Notes: generated by a model from the letters alone, not told the origin. DNA of 18,389 nt from Candidatus Micrarchaeota archaeon (GCA_038046605.1 JBBSVW010000037.1:1-18389), one strand, 5' to 3'; shown: positions 8,469-15,382, counted from the first letter of the stretch. Program-made: numbers and translations.

Positions 8469-8738
8469 TCAAAGGAGCTTTTCTTGCAACGATTTTGCAT
8501 CCTTCAACTCAATCGCCAAGTGAGGACCAGCCAACCCCGAACCCACAAAAATATGAATACTGTGATTCCTGACCAGTTCAATTGCCGGAATGCCATTCTG
8601 CTGGGTGCGCTTTAACAGCCTTTGGCGGCCTTCAACCGATTTTGTATCTACCTCCTCGAAAATTATGGAGCGCATTTGAAGGTATTTCCTTACTTCAGTG
8701 CTTTTTGCAGAATTGTCGGAATACAGGACGACTTTCAT
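8469..8738 (-). CDS. Glutaredoxin/NrdH-like protein lacking cysteines
   Basis: KVVLYS...[SAKS]..VRKYL....I.FEEVD...TQQNGIPAI follows the Grx pattern, but CxxC is replaced by SxxS. Confidence 0.75.
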   Translation of the reverse strand: MKVVLYSDNSAKSTEVRKYLQMRSIIFEEVDTKSVEGRQRLLKRTQQNGIPAIELVRNHSIHIFVGSGLAGPHLAIELKDAKSLQEKLL

Positions 8739-8795
8739 CCATTCACCTTTTTGTGTTTTGAAGTTTTTTCCCCTTCCTTTTTTCCGGTGTCCTTG

Positions 8796-8813
8796 GTTCG
8801 GATGGGCATAATC
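8796..8813. repeat. Degenerate cassette-junction site
   Basis: gttcggatgggcataatc is 15/18 identical to the 9439 site and overlaps the stop of 8812..9372. Confidence 0.6.
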
Positions 8814-9372
8814 ATGGATTTTTTCTGAAATAAGTAAACTTAGGGTAAGTGGTTAATTTATTTATCAAGCCGGCGGCAGAAAGGGAATTCCGGAATTCAT
8901 ATGGATTGTGCAATCTCTGGGTAAATTCTCCATCTATTGTTTTTATTTTAATATAATATCTTTTTGTAATATCAAAAGTTATCTGGATTTCCAGAATTTC
9001 TTTTTTTTCGAATTCTTTTTGTTTGGCGCCCTCAAAAGCGAGGAAAATACAATAAACAAATGGGATCCAGTCAAAATACGGCAATTTATCGCTCAAATTT
9101 GAATTGCTCATCCTTATGGCGCCAGGTACAACCCTAACTGGCCTCCACATGAAAAGCTCTGCGATTATTGTCAATAGCGTTCCCAATCCAAACCAAACAA
9201 ATAGAAAATATGTGACATAAATTGGATAAGCTGCAAGAATAGCCATAAATACAAACCATAGGAGAAAAAGAATTCCAATCGAAATGAATCCGTTGATTAA
9301 TACATTAATCCGAGTATCTTTTGTTGATACGTATAATGGATGATCCTCCCAAATTAATTCACCTTTAACCAT
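8812..9372 (-). CDS. Hypothetical membrane protein (2 TM plus possible PH-like beta domain)
   Basis: Two hydrophobic helices followed by a beta-rich region; GGTGA RBS. Confidence 0.75.
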   Translation of the reverse strand: MVKGELIWEDHPLYVSTKDTRINVLINGFISIGILFLLWFVFMAILAAYPIYVTYFLFVWFGLGTLLTIIAELFMWRPVRVVPGAIRMSNSNLSDKLPYFDWIPFVYCIFLAFEGAKQKEFEKKEILEIQITFDITKRYYIKIKTIDGEFTQRLHNPYEFRNSLSAAGLINKLTTYPKFTYFRKNP

Positions 9373-9390
9373 TTTCTCACCATTTATTTA

Positions 9391-9408
9391 GTTCTTACTT
9401 GAATGAAC
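9391..9408. repeat. Cassette-junction palindrome
   Basis: gttcttacttgaatgaac. Confidence 0.9.
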
Positions 9409-9438
9409 TTCATTTTACTTTGTTTTTCAACTTTTTTG

Positions 9439-9456
9439 GTTCGGATGGGGATGAAC
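9439..9456. repeat. Cassette-junction palindrome (variant centre)
   Basis: gttcggatggggatgaac. Confidence 0.8.
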
Positions 9457-9497
9457 GACACCCCAAAGGGGAAACTACGTTTCCCCTACCACGTGTC
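9457..9497. other. Imperfect hairpin (REP-like or terminator-like)
   Basis: GACAC-N5-AGGGGAAAC-TAC-GTTTCCCCT-N5-GTGTC. Confidence 0.6.
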
Positions 9498-9513
9498 GCC
9501 GCCTACCCTTTCC

Positions 9514-9924
9514 TCATATTCTGAAAACGCCCATGTAATGAATCCAAACGTTTTGTTGACCACCACTCAAACTATATGGAAAAGTTGAGCCAACGCCAGG
9601 ATGATTTTGCCAAGATTCTAAATTTAGCGCTTGAATTTGACGAGAATTGGAATAAGGTTGAGTGATATTAGGAAGAATTTGATTTTGCTGATAATAAAAT
9701 ATGCTTCCTGCTTCAACTCTCAAATCTCTTCCTGAATGACTAATTATTTCGTCAAATTCACCTGTCTTTTTCATTTGCGAGAGTTTAGTCTCTAAATTAT
9801 AAAATGAATTGCAAGATAAACATTGAGACTCCGTGTTTGTTCCACCATTGCATAGGCTAACTCCCACATGACCAACAGTTATTGGTAAATTAGAGCCGCA
9901 TTCTGCGCATATTCCAATTGCCAT
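9514..9924 (-). CDS. Hypothetical protein with N-terminal zinc-ribbon-like motif
   Basis: CAEC...CLSC; GGTGA RBS before ATG 9924. Confidence 0.65.
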   Translation of the reverse strand: MAIGICAECGSNLPITVGHVGVSLCNGGTNTESQCLSCNSFYNLETKLSQMKKTGEFDEIISHSGRDLRVEAGSIFYYQQNQILPNITQPYSNSRQIQALNLESWQNHPGVGSTFPYSLSGGQQNVWIHYMGVFRI

Positions 9925-9960
9925 TTTTCTCACCAAACACTTTTTCCCAATAGCCGGATA

Positions 9961-10386
9961 TTAATCTTCCTTGGTTCTTACTTGGATGAACTTGTTTTTT
10001 GAAATGTACTCTTTGATCAAACCAATTCCCATCCCAAAATAAACATCGTTGGTCGCATTTGAAAAATTGCCGCTATCTTGAAAATAGCCGTATATTGCAA
10101 ATGCTAGAACCAAAAAGCCGGAAATTAGATAAATTTGATCCATTTCTTTCTCATTTGGACTGTACCTTTTTAGCCTAAAAGCCAAATAGAACTTAAAAAC
10201 AGAGATAGCTGGACCTACAATCAAAGTGGTCAATATGATACGCGCTAGGGTGCCAATTGGTCCAAGAAAGTACATTCCAACAGCAAAGAAAAGGGCTATC
10301 CCAAGAAGTATGAGTTTTGCAAGTTCATTTGCTTCATTATAATCCTTCATTTGTTTGAAATCAATTTTTTCTACCATAAACATCAT
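9961..10386 (-). CDS. Hypothetical multi-pass membrane protein
   Basis: Three to four hydrophobic segments; the C-terminal FIQVRT is encoded by the 9974 repeat. Confidence 0.75.
   Translation of the reverse strand: MMFMVEKIDFKQMKDYNEANELAKLILLGIALFFAVGMYFLGPIGTLARIILTTLIVGPAISVFKFYLAFRLKRYSPNEKEMDQIYLISGFLVLAFAIYGYFQDSGNFSNATNDVYFGMGIGLIKEYISKNKFIQVRTKED
9974..9991. repeat. Cassette-junction palindrome inside a gene 3' end
   Basis: gttcttacttggatgaac, 17/18 identical to the 9391 site. Confidence 0.85.
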
Positions 10387-10434
10387 ACTAATAGCGTAAA
10401 TATTAACTTTCCTCCGGATTCGCCATCATCCCCC

Positions 10435-10462
10435 TTTTTGTTCATCCAAATATGAACAAAAA
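10435..10462. repeat. Cassette-junction palindrome, perfect 11-6-11, opposite orientation
   Basis: TTTTTGTTCAT-CCAAAT-ATGAACAAAAA (core 10440-10457). Confidence 0.9.
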
Positions 10463-10549
10463 TGTGCAAATCTTTTTTCCAATTTTGCACCTTAAAGATA
10501 TCCTAAGTAAAGGTTAAAATACTCGGATTGAGAGAATAATTCGTTAACT

Positions 10550-11068
10550 ATGAAGAATATCTATTTTTTGCTTCTTTTATCAATTCTATTGTTTGGATGT
10601 GTTGTTAAAACAGCATCGGATAAAGGAGAAAGGCAGCTTCAGGATGAAAGTTATCAAGAATACAAAAAATGCAAGGAAGTTAATGGTGAAGCATCAAAAA
10701 GAGGGGTAGACCTGATCGAAATTCCGCAGTATTCCTATCACTATGATATATGTGATTTTGAAAGGTCTAAAGTCGTATGTGTTGGTCATGGAGGTGACGA
10801 AAATCATTGCTACTGGAACCAAGCTTTGATATATCAAATCCTCCGTGAGGATGCAGTCAATTTATGCGAAAAGGCAGGTGATTCAAAGTCACAATGCTTA
10901 ATCGATGTCGAAACATTACAGGATATGAAGGAAGAATGTCAAAAATTGTCATCAGAAGAGGCACTTAAATGCCTAAAACTTGGTGGAACTCTTCACAAAG
11001 AGCAAGCAAAACTAAGGGAAAATGTTTTTTCGGGAACCAATTTAACTGAGGTCTATATTGTTGGTTAA
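10550..11068 (+). CDS. Cys-rich putative lipoprotein
   Basis: MKNIYFLLLLSILLFGC lipobox-type signal and multiple spaced cysteines. Confidence 0.8.
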   Translation: MKNIYFLLLLSILLFGCVVKTASDKGERQLQDESYQEYKKCKEVNGEASKRGVDLIEIPQYSYHYDICDFERSKVVCVGHGGDENHCYWNQALIYQILREDAVNLCEKAGDSKSQCLIDVETLQDMKEECQKLSSEEALKCLKLGGTLHKEQAKLRENVFSGTNLTEVYIVG

Positions 11069-11306
11069 TTGTTCATTAATATTATTACAATATCATCTGA
11101 CTAAAATTAAGTAGGTAATTAACTCCATAACGCTATAATCACCGGTTCCTTTCCCCTATTTCTCATTCCTTTGGCCTAAAGTTCTGGCTTAGGCACACCC
11201 GAGCCACCCCAGATTCTCCCACCATACCGGAATGATAGAACCATGACCGGAAAATGGGTTTATGATGATTTTTTTGGTTATAGTATGTTGAAACGCCGGA
11301 ATGTGG

Positions 11307-11621
11307 TTATAGAGAGATGTTATTTTTTATGCAATAATCAATAACCGCAATAATCAATACCAAAATAAAAAAAACGATTCCTATGTAAAAAAATATCTTA
11401 GCAAATTTTACCGCTTCGTCCCCTTCCTTTAAACCAAAATTGTACCAACGAGTACCAAAGAATCGTTTTCTCTTGATGCCAATCAGTCCAAAAACAATGT
11501 ACCAACCCGTAAATAAGAATCCCCATAAGAACGGATCCATGAAACTATGGAGAAAGATGAGGATTAATTGAACTCCAAGGAATACTACTGCAAGAAATAT
11601 GTTTTCAATATTTTTTTCCAT
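11307..11621 (-). CDS. Small 3-TM membrane protein (paralog of 13185..13508)
   Basis: Hydrophobic helices and an EGDEA motif. The GTG called at 11630 lies inside the GGTGG RBS, so the likely start is ATG 11621. Confidence 0.75.
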   Translation of the reverse strand: MEKNIENIFLAVVFLGVQLILIFLHSFMDPFLWGFLFTGWYIVFGLIGIKRKRFFGTRWYNFGLKEGDEAVKFAKIFFYIGIVFFILVLIIAVIDYCIKNNISL

Positions 11622-11639
11622 TTCCCCCACCTTTTTTCA

Positions 11640-11657
11640 GTTCATACTTGTGTGAAC
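11640..11657. repeat. Cassette-junction palindrome
   Basis: gttcatacttgtgtgaac, preceded on + by ccaccttttttca. Confidence 0.95.
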
Positions 11658-11659
11658 AA

Positions 11660-11899
11660 TTATTTTCTTAACAATTTGATGAAATCATCCCGTTCAATTC
11701 CAGCCTGCTTTAAAATATCATGAAGAAGGCCGGGTTTCAGGTCTGCATTGCCATGAAGGGGAACCACTGTAACTAGAACCTCAATAACCGTTCTTTTCTT
11801 AAGCCGGACATGGCTGCCTTTCTGGGCGACAATTTCAAACCCTTGCTTCTGTAAGAACTTGACCATTTCCTTTCCGGAAATGACTGGCAGTTTAGGCAT
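11660..11899 (-). CDS. hicA: HicA-family toxin
   Basis: MPKLPVISGKEMVKFL.K.GF....QKGSHV...VPLH...LKPG.L..ILKQAG. Confidence 0.95.
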   Translation of the reverse strand: MPKLPVISGKEMVKFLQKQGFEIVAQKGSHVRLKKRTVIEVLVTVVPLHGNADLKPGLLHDILKQAGIERDDFIKLLRK

Positions 11900-11908
11900 T
11901 AGATCCCC

Positions 11909-12160
11909 TCAATTGCCGTTCTTTTTGATTTTGGAGGGAACAACAATAGTTGTGACAATTGGATGAGAAAATTTCCTTCCCTTGAGCATTTTTTGCACAT
12001 CTTCATCTTCCAAATAAAGTTCTACGGCCTCCTTAAGATTAGTGAGAGCAGATTCGACGCTTTTACCCTGGCTTGCAACTCCTAACTCGGGGCAATGGGC
12101 AACATACCAATCATCTTCCTTTTCCAGAACCGCGGAAAATTCTTCCATTAATTTTACCAT
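11909..12160 (-). CDS. hicB: HicB-family antitoxin (short form)
   Basis: WYVAHCPELGVASQGKSVESALTNLKEAVELYLE. Confidence 0.93.
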   Translation of the reverse strand: MVKLMEEFSAVLEKEDDWYVAHCPELGVASQGKSVESALTNLKEAVELYLEDEDVQKMLKGRKFSHPIVTTIVVPSKIKKNGN

Positions 12161-12237
12161 AAAACCACCGTTTTAGCTATATTCATTTTAGAGAATAATA
12201 AACTATCTTTTTCCTAGATTTTCCCCACCTTTTTTTA

Positions 12238-12255
12238 GTTCATATGAGTGTGAAC
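12238..12255. repeat. Cassette-junction palindrome
   Basis: gttcatatgagtgtgaac; arms extend to TTTAGTTCA/TGAACTAAA and overlap the TAG stop by 1 nt. Confidence 0.95.
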
Positions 12256-12632
12256 TAAACTGCACCACTTTCTCGAAGGCTTTCAAGATGCGCTTTTGTT
12301 GCTTGAAGCGGTTTCACCCAAATTTCCCGGAATTGATCTTCCGGCATGCCCCTCAAGGTTGCAAATATAGCAACTGGTACATAGCTTCGTCTTTCACCTC
12401 CATTCAGAGCGCGATGGGCGGCTTTCATTAATCTGGATGTAAATCGGACAGAGGCGATTAAATCCTCAACAGATGAAGCCGATCGGAGGGTATGTAGTTC
12501 AGGTTGCCCCCTAAATCTTCTTGTGTTGGAAGCCCAAATGCTATAGGTCAAATGCAATCTTCTCTCGTGTTCCTCGCCAAGATGCGATTTTATTTTCTGA
12601 AAAAAATCACTTTCGGGCAAATCATCTGTCAT
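12255..12632 (-). CDS. Hypothetical helical protein (paralog of 14617..14973)
   Basis: Fills the space between two sites exactly; SV.DLI...M...HR..N motif. Confidence 0.75.
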   Translation of the reverse strand: MTDDLPESDFFQKIKSHLGEEHERRLHLTYSIWASNTRRFRGQPELHTLRSASSVEDLIASVRFTSRLMKAAHRALNGGERRSYVPVAIFATLRGMPEDQFREIWVKPLQATKAHLESLRESGAV

Positions 12633-12650
12633 TTTCTCATCTTTATTTTA

Positions 12651-12668
12651 GTTCATACAAGCCTGAAC
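12651..12668. repeat. Cassette-junction palindrome
   Basis: gttcatacaagcctgaac. Confidence 0.92.
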
Positions 12669-12670
12669 CA

Positions 12671-13144
12671 TTACGCAACCATCCGCATCTCAAAATGATG
12701 CTCCCTAAACCCAAATTTGCAGTAAAGGGCGAAAGCTTTCCTATTCTTGGTATGGATCGTGATGCTTAAGAAATGAAGTTTCCGGCTTTTTGCCCACTCT
12801 CGGGCTTTCTTAAGCAATTTGGTGCCGATCCCCATGTTTCTGTAGCCTTCCGCAACAAACATCTCATATACGCAGGCATCCCGATCGTAAAAATATATCG
12901 GGAAATGGGATTCCTCCCTAACTATAATGTGGCCAATAACCTTTCCTCCATCTTCAGCGATAAATACGGCACTTTTTGGGCCTTTAATCATTTTCCGGAT
13001 GGTATTCCGATAAATTTCAACATAATTTGATTTGAAGCGGTAAATCTGGGGGTCGTAGAGCTTGAGAAATTTGGTTAGGGATAGCCCTTCAGCAAGAATT
13101 GCGGAAATATCTTTATGGAAGGCTTTCCGGATTGCTATTTTCGT
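12671..13144 (-). CDS. GNAT-family N-acetyltransferase (apparent ACG start)
   Basis: FIAEDGGKVIG, MFVAEGYRNMGIGTKLL and N..A..LY.KFGF motifs. The frame stays open 51 codons upstream of ATG 12991, to ACG-AAA-ATA-GCA-ATC-CGG-AAA-GCC (KIAIRKA). Confidence 0.88.
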   Translation of the reverse strand, partial: TKIAIRKAFHKDISAILAEGLSLTKFLKLYDPQIYRFKSNYVEIYRNTIRKMIKGPKSAVFIAEDGGKVIGHIIVREESHFPIYFYDRDACVYEMFVAEGYRNMGIGTKLLKKAREWAKSRKLHFLSITIHTKNRKAFALYCKFGFREHHFEMRMVA

Positions 13145-13164
13145 ACTTTAGACACCTTTTTTCA

Positions 13165-13182
13165 GTTCATACTCGTGTGAAC
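13165..13182. repeat. Cassette-junction palindrome
   Basis: gttcatactcgtgtgaac. Confidence 0.95.
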
Positions 13183-13184
13183 CA

Positions 13185-13508
13185 TTAATTCTTCCCATCA
13201 ATTCCTAGAAAGAAAAATACCAAGCTAATAACCAAAAATAAAGCGGAAACCTTTGCAAACGTTATAGCTAGTCTTTGTGCCTCCTCCCCCTCAAATAGTT
13301 TGAATGCACCGATTCTAATCCAACCTGCAAATTCAATCATCTTTCGAGTGTGATAACAAATAATTGCGAATATCAACCACCAGACCATTGTTGCTGAAAA
13401 ATAAGCGGAATTCCGCATGTGGAGGACACCTCCCCCATAAATTATGATTGCAAATGAGATGCCGAAGAATAAAACATAGTATATTATCATTTCCGTAATT
13501 TTATTCAT
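13185..13508 (-). CDS. Small 3-TM membrane protein (paralog of 11307..11621)
   Basis: Hydrophobic helices and an EGEEA motif; ATG 13508 follows a GGTGG RBS. Confidence 0.75.
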   Translation of the reverse strand: MNKITEMIIYYVLFFGISFAIIIYGGGVLHMRNSAYFSATMVWWLIFAIICYHTRKMIEFAGWIRIGAFKLFEGEEAQRLAITFAKVSALFLVISLVFFFLGIDGKN

Positions 13509-13526
13509 TTCCTCCACCTTTTTTCA

Positions 13527-13544
13527 GTTCATACTCTACTGAAC
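13527..13544. repeat. Cassette-junction palindrome
   Basis: gttcatactctactgaac. Confidence 0.93.
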
Positions 13545-13549
13545 CACAA

Positions 13550-14020
13550 TCAATGATGGTGGTGCCCATGCCCATCCTCCAGCTTCCTAGAGGTCCATCT
13601 GGCTATCCAGCCTTGGAAACCGGCATTTTCGATGACTTTGTATTTGAGAGCTCCTTTTTCCTCATCTGTGCCAATTGCAATGATGTTCCCGTGCCTTATC
13701 TGCATCCCTTGGGTGTTTGTGATCAAGGGCCAGGCAAAACTGCCATCATCCAGATGAACCCTCAAATCGCTGGCTTTTTTATCGTGGGTTATAATACGAT
13801 ATTCGCCTTTTTCACCTTTCACTATAGACAAATGGATGGGCAAAAACGTGCTCTTGGGGGTGCCAGCAGGCATATGCTGGTTCACTTCCAATGGGTCCAG
13901 CCGTATTGAAGCAGATTTATCATGCCCAATGGTGATCGGCAGCCCATCGAGGGAATACAGTGTTCCCCTATCGGGGTCCTTGAGGCTTTTTAGGAGGAAT
14001 TTTGGTTTTTCTTCTGGCAT
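13550..14020 (-). CDS. Degenerate FHA-like domain protein with His-rich tail
   Basis: G..Y.L...PITIGH....SIRL, H..I......Y.I and I.HGNII.IG match the FHA strand pattern; ends GHGHHHH. Confidence 0.65.
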   Translation of the reverse strand: MPEEKPKFLLKSLKDPDRGTLYSLDGLPITIGHDKSASIRLDPLEVNQHMPAGTPKSTFLPIHLSIVKGEKGEYRIITHDKKASDLRVHLDDGSFAWPLITNTQGMQIRHGNIIAIGTDEEKGALKYKVIENAGFQGWIARWTSRKLEDGHGHHHH

Positions 14021-14038
14021 TTTATCCACCTTTTTTTA

Positions 14039-14056
14039 GTTCATACGAGTGTGAAC
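14039..14056. repeat. Cassette-junction palindrome
   Basis: gttcatacgagtgtgaac. Confidence 0.95.
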
Positions 14057-14059
14057 CAA

Positions 14060-14302
14060 TTAATCGTAAATGCTTTGCCGTGGCCCAACCTTATGGCAAA
14101 CAATATCGTTTCCGATGATTTGATAAATAACGCGATAATTCCCAATCCGTAAGCTCCGGTACTCCTTCAGGCTGCCTTTGAGTGGTTTTCCAGTTAGTGG
14201 TTCATTTTGTAATATTGGCAATTCTTTAACAATCCGGCCAATATCCTTGGGATGGATATTTTTAAGAGTGGACTTGAATTTATTCGTTAGAACTAGTTGC
14301 AT
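14060..14302 (-). CDS. relE: RelE/ParE-family toxin
   Basis: P..GKPLKGSLKEYRSLRIGNYRVIY...VGPRQSIY. Confidence 0.93.
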   Translation of the reverse strand: MQLVLTNKFKSTLKNIHPKDIGRIVKELPILQNEPLTGKPLKGSLKEYRSLRIGNYRVIYQIIGNDIVCHKVGPRQSIYD

Positions 14303-14311
14303 GAAGAAGAC

Positions 14312-14542
14312 CTATTTGGCTTTCTTTTTTCTCGAGTTTTTAAGCTCTTTTTCAACTTCAGCCAAGGTATAAGTGCGTCCTGCATGGTAATCCGCTTTGC
14401 TTTCAGCCAAATCCTTCAGAATGTGGGGATCCGAGGTAAGAATATCGATTGTTTCTGTGAAGGATTCGAATTTGCTCTTCAATTCTGCGAGTTCTTTCCT
14501 TGTTTTATCCAATTCAAATAAAATGTGTTTGTTTTCGTACAT
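14312..14542 (-). CDS. Antitoxin of the RelE module (RelB/Phd-like C-terminus)
   Basis: ETIDIL.SDP.ILKDL.ESKAD..AGRTYTL.EV, located upstream of relE. Confidence 0.82.
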   Translation of the reverse strand: MYENKHILFELDKTRKELAELKSKFESFTETIDILTSDPHILKDLAESKADYHAGRTYTLAEVEKELKNSRKKKAK

Positions 14543-14573
14543 TTATTTCGCCTCTGTTTGTATTGTTTCCTAT

Positions 14574-14590
14574 GAATAATAGCTTTTCGC
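14574..14590 (-). promoter_or_regulatory. Putative BRE/TATA promoter of the RelBE unit
   Basis: Minus strand GCGAAAAGC-TATTATTC, ~30 nt upstream of ATG 14542. Confidence 0.5.
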
Positions 14591-14593
14591 ATT

Positions 14594-14611
14594 GTTCATA
14601 TTTACCTGAAC
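14594..14611. repeat. Cassette-junction palindrome
   Basis: gttcatatttacctgaac. Confidence 0.9.
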
Positions 14612-14616
14612 TAAAA

Positions 14617-14973
14617 TTAATCTAACACTCCCCTGGCTTTCAACCGTTTCAGGAGCTTTTTAGTTGAAAGGAGGCTAGTAATTAATTCCGCCGATTTTAT
14701 TGGTTTGCCTTTCTTTGGTCCCTTACCTTGGCCTCTTGCAATCGCGTTCATAACCCTATGGAATCCAATCATTGAACTTGTATCATGATTAAACGCTTCA
14801 ATCAGGTCATCAACGCTTTTTACACCGGTTTCAAGTTTTTTATCGACTTCGGGAGCTTGAGGGTTTTCTCTAAGGACATGATAAAGCCAAGCTCCACGTA
14901 TATTTGCTAAATGGATTTCATGATTGCCGGCTTTTTTTAGCTCTTCGACCAATCTTTCGTGTGAATAAGCCAA
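14617..14973 (-). CDS. Hypothetical helical protein (paralog of 12255..12632)
   Basis: Likely TTG start at 14973 after a GATGA RBS; SVDDLI...M...HR.MN motif. Confidence 0.7.
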   Translation of the reverse strand: MAYSHERLVEELKKAGNHEIHLANIRGAWLYHVLRENPQAPEVDKKLETGVKSVDDLIEAFNHDTSSMIGFHRVMNAIARGQGKGPKKGKPIKSAELITSLLSTKKLLKRLKARGVLD

Positions 14974-14990
14974 TTTATCATCTTTTTTCA

Positions 14991-15008
14991 GTTCATATAA
15001 ACATGAAC
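14991..15008. repeat. Cassette-junction palindrome
   Basis: gttcatataaacatgaac. Confidence 0.93.
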
Positions 15009-15010
15009 CA

Positions 15011-15382
15011 TTATTTCTCCTTAACAAAATGCACATTTGGCTTTCCCCTGAAATGCTCATCGCCCGTTAAAAAAGGCGCCTCGCTGGAGGCATATCGGTA
15101 AAGAATGGAATCCATCAGGGGCAATTTATCAGAATCGGAGAGCTTGCCAGCCATGATGCCCAATTTCAGGTCAAAATCAAGAATTAGGCTGTGCTTTTCC
15201 ATGAATTCGAAGAGCTTATCAATTTCGTAGTCCTCTAAACCGCGTCTCTTCAAGGTTCGGGAAAGTTCGGAAAAAACCAATGCAGGCGTTTTTATGATAT
15301 TTTTTTCAATCAGGTCGCGATATGCCTCGGATTTGTCAAAGTAGGCCATCCAGGCATAGGTGTCTGCAACGTAAATAGCCAT
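15011..15382 (-). CDS. vapC: PIN-domain VapC toxin
   Basis: YVADTYAW, E, L..MDSI and LTGDEHF catalytic pattern; likely start is ATG 15382. Confidence 0.92.
   Translation of the reverse strand: MAIYVADTYAWMAYFDKSEAYRDLIEKNIIKTPALVFSELSRTLKRRGLEDYEIDKLFEFMEKHSLILDFDLKLGIMAGKLSDSDKLPLMDSILYRYASSEAPFLTGDEHFRGKPNVHFVKEK

Noticed and set aside
13550-13575. His run as a synthetic tag
   Set aside because: There are only four consecutive His with mixed codons and no vector context.
14974-15060. N-terminal extension of ORF 14617..15060
   Set aside because: It overlaps vapC and crosses the junction site; the TTG at 14973 fits the RBS spacing.
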